Positions 20,208-30,627 of a stretch of 64,000 bases of DNA are shown here, piece by piece. The notes beneath the pieces are model-generated. The model was given only the letters and a program-made list of their open reading frames with translations, did no database searches and had not been told where the DNA came from. Origin of the DNA: a virus; the IMG/VR virus record IMGVR_UViG_3300024520_000050, positions 114,401 to 178,400 of that record; one strand, 5' to 3'. The translations under genes were made by a program, and so were the position numbers. How positions within the stretch are numbered: position 1 is the stretch's first letter; every line of letters begins with the position of its first letter.

Positions 20208-20911
20208 ATTTTATATGTTTTAGGTATTTCAAAATCCTTTAAATTATGTTTTTTTGGTGGAGTTTTCTCTGCAACATATCCATCATTTTCATCACGAACA
20301 ATTTGTAGTTCGGCTGAACCAAATCCTGCAATAAAACTATCACAAGCTTCTAAATTAGTAATATTGCGATTATATGACTCTTCTCCAAGTTTTAATCTAA
20401 TTAAATTATTACGTACATATTTATATGCTGTACCTAAATTTTTAAATCGATAAATTCTATTAGTCATATCAGGATCAGTACTACCTTGAAAACTGTAACA
20501 TATTGAATGTCCTATTTCCTTGCCATCATCTTTAATATACTTGCAATTCCAAAACTTAACTTCATTTTCTTCATTTGCAATTACATGTCCTTGATGGCCA
20601 TTTTCTAGAAAGTTAACATCTTCCCTTAATAACAAACGTAATTCATATAAACAATGTTGTTTTCTTTTAAACAACTGTAACTGTTCACGACTTGTAGTCT
20701 GTTCTTTAGTTAAAGTAAGTACATGAGTTGTATTCCGTCTATCCCATATTAATTTCAATTCAGTATTGAAATCTGGAGCACGACCAACCTTCAGTGTATC
20801 CTTTATAATTTGTAAATAGGTTTCTAATGTAGCTCTAATAATAACTTCATCATAACCTTCTGCGTAATAAACTTTTCCATTGTACTCATACCTATAAATC
20901 TTAGGTCTCAT
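20204..20911 (-). CDS. Hypothetical protein
   Basis: ORF in operon. Confidence 0.55.
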   Translation of the reverse strand: MRPKIYRYEYNGKVYYAEGYDEVIIRATLETYLQIIKDTLKVGRAPDFNTELKLIWDRRNTTHVLTLTKEQTTSREQLQLFKRKQHCLYELRLLLREDVNFLENGHQGHVIANEENEVKFWNCKYIKDDGKEIGHSICYSFQGSTDPDMTNRIYRFKNLGTAYKYVRNNLIRLKLGEESYNRNITNLEACDSFIAGFGSAELQIVRDENDGYVAEKTPPKKHNLKDFEIPKTYKI

Positions 20912-20963
20912 ATTATAAATTTTTAGTTAAAAATCGGTGAATATCACCTTCTTCAATTTTAAT

Positions 20964-21299
20964 TTAACTAACTTTATAATCTGCAATGAAATAAATATAA
21001 TCATCTGCATCTGGTCTACGATGGCTTTTGCTTTTTTCACTTAATCTAAATGGAATTGTTAAACCTACAATGAGTTCATCATTACCAATTATTGTACGTT
21101 CTCGACAAACATCAACTTTAACATCAGTTAAGGAATTAACTAAATCAGCTACACTTTGATATCCAATACTCGAATTAATATTTTCTGCACTTTGTACAAG
21201 TTTAATAAATTGATTCTTAGATATTGTTTTCTTATTATAAATACCATCACTAAACATATTAGCACTATTTATTAGTACTATCTTTTTGTAAATCTTCAT
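20964..21299 (-). CDS. DUF1874 / AcrIII-1 (STIV B116-like) family protein, His-to-Tyr variant
   Basis: LINSANM, S.IG[Y]QSVADLVNSL...CR, IPFRL align with the family pattern (L.Na...m, SaIGH.sta.l...L....NR, RL), recalled from memory. Confidence 0.7.
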   Translation of the reverse strand: MKIYKKIVLINSANMFSDGIYNKKTISKNQFIKLVQSAENINSSIGYQSVADLVNSLTDVKVDVCRERTIIGNDELIVGLTIPFRLSEKSKSHRRPDADDYIYFIADYKVS

Positions 21300-21618
21300 A
21301 TATCTCCTCTAGTTCGTTATAAAAATTATTTGTATCCTCAACATGCTTCTCCTTCAATCCTTCGGCTATTTTAAGAGATAAATCAAGATAACTACTTTTA
21401 ATCTTACGTAAATTATAAAATTCTATGTCAGATTGTTCATCTTGTTTAGCAAAAAAATAATCACCTGATTTGATTATAGGTAACCACATATTAATACGTT
21501 TTGATGGTACGTTTTCTCCCCAAAGCATGCATCGTGTACTTCCACCATCTCTAAATCTATATAACCAATGACTACCAAATAACTGATCTAACCGACTTCT
21601 TCTTTCTTTCTCTGTCAT
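21265..21618 (-). CDS. Hypothetical protein
   Basis: ORF in operon. Confidence 0.5.
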   Translation of the reverse strand: MTEKERRSRLDQLFGSHWLYRFRDGGSTRCMLWGENVPSKRINMWLPIIKSGDYFFAKQDEQSDIEFYNLRKIKSSYLDLSLKIAEGLKEKHVEDTNNFYNELEEIYEDLQKDSTNK

Positions 21619-21932
21619 AATTCTTTTAATTTTTTAAGTACATCATCCATTACACATTCTAATTCCAAACCTCTAAACATTTGTCTACCCAATTCAGGAT
21701 ATGATTTTTTAATTTGCATTAAGTTATTAATTGCATCTGCAGTACATGTTTCTTTTGGTAATGCAAATATTCGATTATATTCAAATAAACTAATTAACGT
21801 ACGTTGTGCTTTTTGAAAACTATAATGTCTATTATCATATATATGATAATACATTAATGGCTTCTTTACTCCATGATAACTAAAGAAGGTGTACTTATCC
21901 AGTACACCTTCTAATATTTCTAATTCATCCAT
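21615..21932 (-). CDS. Hypothetical protein
   Basis: ORF in operon. Confidence 0.5.
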   Translation of the reverse strand: MDELEILEGVLDKYTFFSYHGVKKPLMYYHIYDNRHYSFQKAQRTLISLFEYNRIFALPKETCTADAINNLMQIKKSYPELGRQMFRGLELECVMDDVLKKLKEL

Positions 21933-21936
21933 TTAA

Positions 21937-23199
21937 TTACATTCTATTTAAAAGTAATTTACCAATTTCTATATCAGCCATAATACCATGTAATTGAATT
22001 TTATCTGTTGCCATTATTTCTAGTCCCATATCTAAACGAAGATCATTAGGAATACCAGAAGTTTTCAAGAAAGCTTTCATGTTATTCATTTGTTTCTTAG
22101 ACAATTTACCATTCAATTCATCTGTACAGTAATATAATAAACGAGTGGTAATAACATTTAAAATATCAACTCTAAGATTACTACCTGTTGCAAAAGGAGT
22201 TATCACTTTCCTTTTAATAAATGCAGGAAAATCTTCAGCATTCAATAACTCTTCTGGTGTTACTAATTTAACTAAGTCATTATTAATAAATGTGGCAAAT
22301 TGAGTTGCTGTAATTTTATCCAACACTCCTTCACCCATAATATTAACCATACCTAAATTCTCTTTTAAATCAGAAAATATACGAATTGTATTTGCAAAAT
22401 ATTCAATTGATCTAGGAGTAGTAAGTTCGCCTGTTTTAATCGTCTCTGGGTTAGCTAATACAAAATTAACCACACGTTCATCGATATCATGATTTAATGC
22501 CCATTTAGCCCATAATTTAGCTTCAAACTCCATAGACATATGAAACATGCGAGTTAATTGTGCATCATCTAATTCAGTGATAGAATAATTTCCTCCACCA
22601 GGATTCGCTGTTAAAATAATACTCCATTTTGGTGGCAATGTCCATGAATCTAATCCACCATCTTGAAGTAATTGCATAATACCATTAATAATACGTTTAC
22701 CCGCACGATTAAAATCATCAATTACAAAGAACCCTTCTTCGGGATCACCTAAATCTACATTAGGTACAAATTGTGGTGGAGATACAATCATTTGATTAGC
22801 TTTATGCATATCTCTTTCCCAACCATTATTGAGATAAGATCCTACAAGATCCTTATCAACTAACTTACTCTTGATAACTTCACCTGATTCATTCTTCAAA
22901 TTAACCCAAGCACCTGTACCTGGCATTCCAAGTAAGTCACCCATTTCTTCAAATTGTGCTGGAGCAATTGACTTAAATCCAATTCCTTTTTCCTTTGCAA
23001 TTTGTTCTGGGATACTTGTCTTACCAATACCGTGTTTTCCCCAAATACATATTGATACTTTCTTTCCACTCTTGGAAGTCTCTGTTACTAAATTAGAAGT
23101 ATGAACATGCTCCATTACATCTTTAATCATATCTGCTGGTAACATCATACCATGATAATCATAATTAATCTGCTTTCCTTTTTTTGCTGTATCAGCCAT
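21937..23199 (-). CDS. MoxR-like AAA+ ATPase
   Basis: Walker A GKHGIGKT, EMGDLLGMP, Walker B VIDDFNRA, TANP, TPRS. Confidence 0.9.
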   Translation of the reverse strand: MADTAKKGKQINYDYHGMMLPADMIKDVMEHVHTSNLVTETSKSGKKVSICIWGKHGIGKTSIPEQIAKEKGIGFKSIAPAQFEEMGDLLGMPGTGAWVNLKNESGEVIKSKLVDKDLVGSYLNNGWERDMHKANQMIVSPPQFVPNVDLGDPEEGFFVIDDFNRAGKRIINGIMQLLQDGGLDSWTLPPKWSIILTANPGGGNYSITELDDAQLTRMFHMSMEFEAKLWAKWALNHDIDERVVNFVLANPETIKTGELTTPRSIEYFANTIRIFSDLKENLGMVNIMGEGVLDKITATQFATFINNDLVKLVTPEELLNAEDFPAFIKRKVITPFATGSNLRVDILNVITTRLLYYCTDELNGKLSKKQMNNMKAFLKTSGIPNDLRLDMGLEIMATDKIQLHGIMADIEIGKLLLNRM

Positions 23200-23233
23200 T
23201 TTATTTATTTATTTATATTAATTCTTATAATAA

Positions 23234-24697
23234 TTAAAAATCCATTTTAATTTTAATTCCTTGAAAATCTTCCATGTCCTCTGCAGAACGTCCTTGATTC
23301 TTACTAATTAACCACATAATTGGACAATTACATTTAGGTGGTTGAGGTGCTTCACCATCAGTAAAATATATTAAGCAATCAGGTTTATATATTTCATTAG
23401 CATAATTAATAGGTGGATCAAATGATGTTCCTCCTCTTCCTGTTACTTCTCCTGGAAACTTACCTTTATAATCCCATATTTTACCAACATCATAATCACA
23501 TTCTATAATTTGCACCTCTGCTTCTGATTTATGTATCCAGTGGATCTCACTAAAGAATTCAGCTAATGATTCATTATCCACAGAACCTGATGTATCAATT
23601 GCAACTAGAACCTTACATTCTGTCTTAATCTTTGTACCAGGAAATGTACCGAATCGTTTACTTCTTCTCTTCAATGTAGTTTCAATAAATGATTTCTCAC
23701 CATTGGCAGCAAACTGTCTCAATTGTCTTTTCCAATTAACACTTGGTCTTAAACTTGCAATTAAATCATCAAGATATTGTAATAATCCAGCAGGCATTTT
23801 ACCTCTCCAGTTACTATTACTTTTAGTTTGTGATCGATCTAATTTCTTAACAACCTCACTAACAGTACTATCTACCCATGAATTAGCAAATTCCTTTTGA
23901 CCTTTATTCAATTTAGAAATATCTCCCCATGTTGAATGCATTGTTCGATTATTTTCTTGAGACATAAACTTAGCTAAGTTCTTCTGTGAACTATTCAACT
24001 TACCCCAATTTGGATTATTTTCTAATCCATTTCCTTCATTGCCACCTTGTTGATTACCTTGCTGACCATCTTGTTGATCGCTTTGTTGATTACCTTGCTG
24101 ATTTTGATTACCAGAACCACTTTTTGATTTATCACTTTTTCCACCTTTGGGATTAAGTGTTTGTCTAATCTTTTCTGATTCCTTAATCAATACTGAATAG
24201 TAATAATCAGTTGTTTGATGATTATCAGATCCTGTCCATTCAGGAGTAATGTTAGGAAAGAAATGTGGATAATTCTCTAATAAGGCTAATGTTGGGCGCA
24301 TCTTCTCAGGTATCTTATTCAATAGAATACATTGATGTACAACAAAATCTACTGCTGCATTTGCAAGAGTTTTATTACCATATTTACCCCAATTAAAAAT
24401 GTGCTTAAATAGAATATGTAATATCTCATGTTTTATTACCCAATATTTTGCATTTAAATAATCCTCTGATTTTAAACCTTTATCTCCTCTAATCGTTTCA
24501 GTCCAGAATTTATTATTTACTGCTAAACTCAGCAGATTAGTAGTTGGATTCATACAAATAGCTGCAGTTTGTACAGCATGTTCTCCATCAGTAACTTCTC
24601 TATTTAAATGATTAAAGAAATGCCCATAAAATGATTCTTTAATAATCAATTGTATAGCCGTCTTTTGAATATCCTCTAATACTTCATAATTTGTCAT
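23234..24697 (-). CDS. vWA-domain protein with N-terminal HExxH metallopeptidase-like domain (DUF2201-type)
   Basis: HEILH; Q/G-rich linker; MIDAS DTSGS, GGTSF, TDG. Confidence 0.9.
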   Translation of the reverse strand: MTNYEVLEDIQKTAIQLIIKESFYGHFFNHLNREVTDGEHAVQTAAICMNPTTNLLSLAVNNKFWTETIRGDKGLKSEDYLNAKYWVIKHEILHILFKHIFNWGKYGNKTLANAAVDFVVHQCILLNKIPEKMRPTLALLENYPHFFPNITPEWTGSDNHQTTDYYYSVLIKESEKIRQTLNPKGGKSDKSKSGSGNQNQQGNQQSDQQDGQQGNQQGGNEGNGLENNPNWGKLNSSQKNLAKFMSQENNRTMHSTWGDISKLNKGQKEFANSWVDSTVSEVVKKLDRSQTKSNSNWRGKMPAGLLQYLDDLIASLRPSVNWKRQLRQFAANGEKSFIETTLKRRSKRFGTFPGTKIKTECKVLVAIDTSGSVDNESLAEFFSEIHWIHKSEAEVQIIECDYDVGKIWDYKGKFPGEVTGRGGTSFDPPINYANEIYKPDCLIYFTDGEAPQPPKCNCPIMWLISKNQGRSAEDMEDFQGIKIKMDF

Positions 24698-24725
24698 TTA
24701 CTTCTTTTGTTTAATTAATTATATT

Positions 24726-24754
24726 AAAAAAGGTGTACCGCAATGGCACACCTT
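24726..24754 (-). terminator. Rho-independent terminator
   Basis: AAGGTGTGCC-ATTGC-GGTACACCTT followed by a U-run. Confidence 0.7.
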
Positions 24755-24758
24755 TAAT

Positions 24759-25349
24759 TTATACATTTTTCAATTTTTCATGTCGGTAGAATCGATGTCT
24801 ACGTTTTGTATAAAAATTACACATTGAATGACATCCTCTGTCAGGAGGGTTTTTAAATGATTCAAAATATAAAACATCATTAGGAAGTTTATATTTATCA
24901 TCAATGTATCCTACATTACATGCATAGGCAATATCATATAGCTCTCGATCTTTTGGGTCATCCCAATTGAAATACTGCTTTAATTTGCCTGATTTTAATA
25001 ATTTTATAGATCGTGAGTTATTAAGTGAAGGGGTGTTATAATACTTCCGCCAACTACACTTTTTATGTCTGAATCTATTGTACATTGTTTGAATTACAAA
25101 GTAAACATCCGCCTTAGAATTTTCACTTGTTAAAGTAGATGATTGTGTTTTAATATATTTTATAAAACTAATCATGTTCCTCATGTTACCTAATCCATAA
25201 TCTAATGTAGGTATTTCGACACCTACTGCGATTGGTAACATTACTTCAATTGTTCCTATTAATTCACGCGTTATCGGTTCTGATGAAAGTGTTCCACCTT
25301 GAGGAAGCGATGTAAACGACATGACAAATAATAAAAAGAAGTTTCTCAT
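24759..25349 (-). CDS. SleB-like cell wall hydrolase (putative), with signal peptide
   Basis: Likely start MRNFFLLFVMS; V..VIQTMYNR, YF..W, LYF, terminal HRFY. Confidence 0.55.
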   Translation of the reverse strand: MRNFFLLFVMSFTSLPQGGTLSSEPITRELIGTIEVMLPIAVGVEIPTLDYGLGNMRNMISFIKYIKTQSSTLTSENSKADVYFVIQTMYNRFRHKKCSWRKYYNTPSLNNSRSIKLLKSGKLKQYFNWDDPKDRELYDIAYACNVGYIDDKYKLPNDVLYFESFKNPPDRGCHSMCNFYTKRRHRFYRHEKLKNV

Positions 25350-25422
25350 TTTTGCTGTTTTCGTTAACAATATTATTTGGTTGAAACCATAAAGATCCAA
25401 CTAAATATTTTATACGACGTAT

Positions 25423-26454
25423 CTATGAAGGTAATTGTTCAACATAATATTTATCACCTTTATCCGCAACTCTAATATTGAGTATGTCTTCGAATGGTTG
25501 TAAATCAAGTTCTTGACCACTTTTTTTAATATTTTTAAATAAATACTCTACATTATCTCGTAAATGCCACGATCTACTATTGTATGCATCTCTTCTATCA
25601 ATACAAGCTCTTAAATCTGGTTTGCGTACAAATATTTTATCATACATAGCTATTCTAGTCTCTGCAGCTATGGAAGTATCATAAAAACATGCTACTAATT
25701 TAGATAACATAGATTCTACATTACCTTTTTTAATCATCATAATTCCAAGATTCCAAGTAGTTTCTCCGCATAACAATCGATATAAATTATCCCAATCATA
25801 TACAGCTAAATCATCACGTACATCTTCTTTAACTTCCCAATCATATACAACTTGTTGTAAATCAATTTCATTGATTAAGGTCATACTTCTATCCTTCAAT
25901 GCATTTAATTCATTTTCTTCTATTTGAGAATGATTACATTTAACTTGATAATCAGCTTCCCAATGATTCGTTAGTCGTTTTTTTATTGCTTTTTCTTCAT
26001 GCGACATCATATGATCATACTCATCTCTAGCATAATATGTTTGAAACATAAATGATACCATCTGGGGATCACGATACATTTGATCTTGAACAAATGTATA
26101 TGCAACTTCATTTTTTCGTTCACTAAAGTATTCTCCTGCAGGTACCGTCCACCATTTAATTATTTCAAATGGACTACGTGCATTATCATAACGATTTGTA
26201 GTTATTCCTTGTTTAATTATTAAACAATTAGCTTCTTCTGCTTTAAATACTTGTGTTGCTCCTACATCTTTAATCCATTTTCTTAATGGAAGTTTCTTAA
26301 TTCTACAATTTGGAAATACATAAATTTTACTACTAGCATTTATATTAGAAATATCTACAATAGATTTACCTTTATGTTTTGGGTTCTTATCTTGTAGTCT
26401 ATCACTATAAATACCAAGTAAATATGTAACATCCGTTTCTTCTATTTTTATCAT
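25423..26454 (-). CDS. Hypothetical protein with possible BRCT-like segment
   Basis: KIYVFPNCRIKKLPLRKWIKDVGATQVFKAEEANCLII. Confidence 0.5.
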   Translation of the reverse strand: MIKIEETDVTYLLGIYSDRLQDKNPKHKGKSIVDISNINASSKIYVFPNCRIKKLPLRKWIKDVGATQVFKAEEANCLIIKQGITTNRYDNARSPFEIIKWWTVPAGEYFSERKNEVAYTFVQDQMYRDPQMVSFMFQTYYARDEYDHMMSHEEKAIKKRLTNHWEADYQVKCNHSQIEENELNALKDRSMTLINEIDLQQVVYDWEVKEDVRDDLAVYDWDNLYRLLCGETTWNLGIMMIKKGNVESMLSKLVACFYDTSIAAETRIAMYDKIFVRKPDLRACIDRRDAYNSRSWHLRDNVEYLFKNIKKSGQELDLQPFEDILNIRVADKGDKYYVEQLPS

Positions 26455-27335
26455 CTTATAATTTTAAATCCTAATTTCAACAATCCTCGAGTTAAATCTT
26501 CATCATTTTCAGTCTTCATTAATTCAGAAAACAACAATTCTGGTTTTTTTAATTTAATTGCCTGACATTCAACAACATCATAATAAATATTATTATAGTT
26601 AGGCATATGAATAGCATCTTCAAAACCCGCTTCATACATATTAACTTGTGCTACTTTATGATGTTGTGTATCATCTGACAATAACCTACTTAAAAATAAA
26701 TTATATATTGCATCATAGTTTACATATTCAGGTATTAATTTTGCAATATTATCCATTAATGGCATAGCATCTGAATTAAACACTTTAGATATAAACTTAT
26801 GTTGTAGGAATTTATCTTTCAATCCTTCCCATGTATTCAACATCAATACATTTCCATCCCTGGTTTGAGTATCATTTAATATCAAAAAGTCACGAAAGTA
26901 ATGTGTAGTTCTACCATTTGGCTCAATGCATGTAATATTATCTAATGTATACGAACTATCTTCTTCCTGTTTTAACTTTTGATATCTATTATAACTCATT
27001 GCATATGGATTACGTTTAATTGTATTAAATCCAAATAATTTTACAATACTTTCAGTCAATGTAATAAAGAATTCTTCACGTACTTCATCCATGATTGTTT
27101 GATCTTCCCATATTTCTAAGTTCAATAAAGAAGCTAAACATTGTGTATATGCTATTTTCTCTAGAAATCTTGTTGTTGGAATACTTAAATAGTGTTCTTT
27201 AAACATTATAAACTTAAGATTCTCAGCTTCTAAATCAAACAATTCATGAAATGGGATACTTAAATCTATTTCAATATCATTATGAAGTGGTATCCCATCA
27301 TTTAAATCCACTTCGCTTATTTTAATCTTCTTCAT
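26451..27335 (-). CDS. Hypothetical protein
   Basis: 294-aa ORF in operon. Confidence 0.55.
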   Translation of the reverse strand: MKKIKISEVDLNDGIPLHNDIEIDLSIPFHELFDLEAENLKFIMFKEHYLSIPTTRFLEKIAYTQCLASLLNLEIWEDQTIMDEVREEFFITLTESIVKLFGFNTIKRNPYAMSYNRYQKLKQEEDSSYTLDNITCIEPNGRTTHYFRDFLILNDTQTRDGNVLMLNTWEGLKDKFLQHKFISKVFNSDAMPLMDNIAKLIPEYVNYDAIYNLFLSRLLSDDTQHHKVAQVNMYEAGFEDAIHMPNYNNIYYDVVECQAIKLKKPELLFSELMKTENDEDLTRGLLKLGFKIIR

Positions 27336-27657
27336 TTTCTATAATTTTATAAGGTATTCCTTTAGGTATTTCTATATGACAACCAATCATTTCAACATAG
27401 TCAATATCATCAAGCAATATCATAGTATTTTTAAAATAATAAATGAGTAGTACTCTATTTTTAATTTCGAAGAAAACATCGTATTTATTACATTTAATAA
27501 AATGATCAGTTACTTGATTATCAGCACTGTTAGTTGCTAATATCTTTACTACAAGATCTGCAGAATTATTTTCAACAATTTCCAAATCATCGACTGTAAC
27601 ATCAATTTCAATGGAATCAAAATACTCTTTATTTAATGTCTTTATTGTCTCTATCAT
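27322..27657 (-). CDS. Hypothetical protein
   Basis: ORF in operon. Confidence 0.5.
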   Translation of the reverse strand: MIETIKTLNKEYFDSIEIDVTVDDLEIVENNSADLVVKILATNSADNQVTDHFIKCNKYDVFFEIKNRVLLIYYFKNTMILLDDIDYVEMIGCHIEIPKGIPYKIIENEED

Positions 27658-27662
27658 TCATC

Positions 27663-28178
27663 TTATTCTAATTCTTCATCGTTAATTAAATATACATTTG
27701 CTGTGTCACCTACGCGCCCAGCTAAGTATTGATATTCGTGTTCTCCTCCTTCAAAGGAAATAATTTCAATTCTATCACCTTCATTAAAAGGATGACTTAC
27801 ACCAAGATCCCAACCACCTACAGTAACTATATTTCCTAATTCATATCTCCAACATTGTCCTGGTATATCATCAGAATGTAATTGATGTGAATCTTTACTA
27901 TCATAAGTAGCTAGATAAATTTCTTCATCAGTTTTGTGATCTGGTACCATAGCTAATTCAACTAATTTATTATGAGTAGTTAAAGCAAATGCTGGATCTA
28001 CACTTAGAGTATCAAAGAATCTTAAGAAGTTATTCTCATACTCTTCTTTGAGATCAATTAACTGTTCAATTCTTTCATTGACTAACTGACCATTAGAAGC
28101 CATTTTCATAATCTTTTCAATTTCTTCCTCAATATTTAAATAAGTTTGAAAGTCTAATAATTCAAATTTAATCTGCAT
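27663..28178 (-). CDS. Hypothetical protein
   Basis: ORF in operon. Confidence 0.5.
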   Translation of the reverse strand: MQIKFELLDFQTYLNIEEEIEKIMKMASNGQLVNERIEQLIDLKEEYENNFLRFFDTLSVDPAFALTTHNKLVELAMVPDHKTDEEIYLATYDSKDSHQLHSDDIPGQCWRYELGNIVTVGGWDLGVSHPFNEGDRIEIISFEGGEHEYQYLAGRVGDTANVYLINDEELE

Positions 28179-28494
28179 GTGTAATTTTTCTTTTTTCGTT
28201 TTGAAAATATTTTATCTTCTTATTGCATTCACTTAGGAAATGCACAATACATTCTACTTCTGTATCAAATACTTCTAGAGATTCCCATTGCCAACTATCA
28301 TAAGGCCTCATAGAAATTCCTGTAGCATAAGGAGTACCATCCTTTTTTAATTTGTAAAATTGCTGGCTACTATATCTACCTTTAATCTTTTGAAATACAC
28401 CTTCAGTAGGATACATTACTCGTTTATTCCAATCAGTACAACAAACCCAATACGTTTGTGTTTGATCATTTTCATTATAAAATTCTATTTTCAT
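28168..28494 (-). CDS. Hypothetical protein
   Basis: ORF in operon. Confidence 0.5.
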   Translation of the reverse strand: MKIEFYNENDQTQTYWVCCTDWNKRVMYPTEGVFQKIKGRYSSQQFYKLKKDGTPYATGISMRPYDSWQWESLEVFDTEVECIVHFLSECNKKIKYFQNEKRKITHAD

Positions 28495-28603
28495 TTTGTC
28501 ATTATTTTATTGTTTTAAAGGATCTTCTTTTCATAAGTGATACTTCCATTAGACCAATGTATTTTCATGCCTTGTGGCGTCATAGGACCAAGTTTAACTG
28601 CTG

Positions 28604-29923
28604 TTACTTTTTTAATTCTGTCTGTATTATATGCTGGAAGTCCTTTGAAGAGACTGATAACTTCTTGTTTGAATCCTTCTTTGGTTTGGATTTCTTCTTT
28701 TTCTTCGTCTTTCCAGATTTTCCAGAGTTTGTCGAATTGTTTATTCTTTCGCTTAAATCGTTTTCTTCCAGGATACATGGTTCAGTTTTTAATATGTTAA
28801 GTACACCATTAACATCACGAAGGTGTTTAATACACCATTGTTCTAATTGAGCCATGGATTTAGGCATACATTTAATTTCAGGAAGTACAATTTTAATATC
28901 ATAAAATCTAGTTAAGAATGTAATTACCATATCTCTTGTTGGTGCTTTAAATTCACATTTCAAGTCAACTCTACCTGCACGAATAAGTGCTGGATCTAAG
29001 CTTTCTATGTGATTAGTAGTTAATATAATCATAACATCATTCTTAGCTAATACACCACTTAAGAAGTTAATAAATGCATCAAATTTAACACCTGACTTGT
29101 TAATTCTCTTACGTCCTTTAAATACCAAATCAATATCTTCAATTAATATCATTGAATTTGGTTCTACACAATCAAATGCATTCTTTAAATCATCAAGATC
29201 TGAAATATCACTTAAATCTAAATAATAAATATTCATTCCATATTTATACGCAATAGATGCTGATATTGATGATTTACCTGTACCTGGAAGACCATAATAT
29301 AAATGAGTTAAACTTGTAGATATTTTCTTATCTTTTAATAACGCATTATCATCTTTCCAGGTATCAATTGAGTTTAAAATACTTTCTTTAATGTCTTTAT
29401 TCAATACAATATCCTCAATATTTTTTGGATAATACTTTTTATGTTCTTTCCAATAATGAGTCCAAGTATGAATAATTAACTTATCTTCTTCGGACTTATC
29501 TGATACATATGATTCTCCTACAGTTCTAAGTAAATCATTAATAATAGTCTTATTAACTACTGTTTTTAATGTATAAGTACCTTGTTCTCTTGTGCTATAA
29601 TTATCATCTGATGCTTCTACACTCTTACTTATATGTATTGGATGGCTTTCAAACCAAATAAAAAATGAATCATTTCGTGGTTCATATTTAGGTTCATCGT
29701 CATCATAATGTGCATACGATACTCCTACATTTTGAAACTTATCATGATGATTATTAAGCAACCATTCATTAAATTGATTATAAATTAATTTATTATCTTT
29801 CAATGTAACTTCATAAATTGCTTTATTCTTTGAAGCATTAAACAAAGCTTTGCCAGCCCATAATGTTAATACAGGTGCTTGAGCTTTCAACTGCTTCCCA
29901 ATAAATTCTAGTATTTTACTCAT
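28604..29923 (-). CDS. BCS1-like AAA+ ATPase
   Basis: YGLPGTGKS, LIEDID, TTNHIESLDPALIRAGRVD. Confidence 0.9.
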   Translation of the reverse strand: MSKILEFIGKQLKAQAPVLTLWAGKALFNASKNKAIYEVTLKDNKLIYNQFNEWLLNNHHDKFQNVGVSYAHYDDDEPKYEPRNDSFFIWFESHPIHISKSVEASDDNYSTREQGTYTLKTVVNKTIINDLLRTVGESYVSDKSEEDKLIIHTWTHYWKEHKKYYPKNIEDIVLNKDIKESILNSIDTWKDDNALLKDKKISTSLTHLYYGLPGTGKSSISASIAYKYGMNIYYLDLSDISDLDDLKNAFDCVEPNSMILIEDIDLVFKGRKRINKSGVKFDAFINFLSGVLAKNDVMIILTTNHIESLDPALIRAGRVDLKCEFKAPTRDMVITFLTRFYDIKIVLPEIKCMPKSMAQLEQWCIKHLRDVNGVLNILKTEPCILEENDLSERINNSTNSGKSGKTKKKKKSKPKKDSNKKLSVSSKDFQHIIQTELKK

Positions 29924-29952
29924 TGTATATTTTTAAATATTAATAATTAGTT

Positions 29953-30627
29953 TTAAAGATCAATAAACCTAGGAATGAATCCACCTTGAATACATCCTAC
30001 GATAGGTACCATTTGATCTCCTGCTTGATCTGCACCAAGACTCATTAAAGATTGATACCATGTTTTACGATTATTAGCTAAACTAGGTTCAACCATCACA
30101 TGATATCCACCTCTAGTTTCAATTACTGTTAATGCCTCCTTCCCGACAACATCTACACATTGTCCAATAAGTTCATCATTCTTGAAATCAAAATCAAAAT
30201 CTACATAAACTGTACGACTTTTACTCCTTTGAATACAAGATAATACTTCTGCATGTGGATTGAATCCTTTATTATTCGTTTTCAACATGTGTGCTAACTT
30301 TCCAATACTATCAAATGTAGCTGAACGTATATCACGTGGATTAGGATTAATATATGTAACTAAAGCTTGCTGAGGAACTTGTTGTCTTCCTTTGAGGAAG
30401 TAATTTCCTTCTTTAACTTCTAATGCATATAACTTCTGTAACAATCTCTCTTTATTACTAGTAAACCGTTTTAATTGTGTTTTATCATTACTTTTTACAA
30501 GTTCCGGACAATATTTCTTCCTGGCGAACAAGGAGCAATAAAACTTTTCATTATCTTCTAATTCAGGTAACCATTCAATGAATCTCTCTAATTGAGGTCC
30601 ATCGGCTACAATTGTATATGTGCTCAT
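29953..30627 (-). CDS. Conserved phage protein, possible AEP-superfamily fold
   Basis: VDFDFD and ETRGGYH resemble AEP motifs I and II. Confidence 0.45.
   Translation of the reverse strand: MSTYTIVADGPQLERFIEWLPELEDNEKFYCSLFARKKYCPELVKSNDKTQLKRFTSNKERLLQKLYALEVKEGNYFLKGRQQVPQQALVTYINPNPRDIRSATFDSIGKLAHMLKTNNKGFNPHAEVLSCIQRSKSRTVYVDFDFDFKNDELIGQCVDVVGKEALTVIETRGGYHVMVEPSLANNRKTWYQSLMSLGADQAGDQMVPIVGCIQGGFIPRFIDL

Noticed and set aside
24030-24140. Short imperfect repeats (TTGCTGA/TTGATT) in the vWA gene
   Set aside because: They simply encode a Q/G/N-rich low-complexity linker.
28515-28778. 175-nt overlap between the BCS1-like ATPase tail and a downstream ORF as a dual-coding system
   Set aside because: The ATPase tail is low-complexity Lys/Ser sequence, most simply explained by a lost stop codon.
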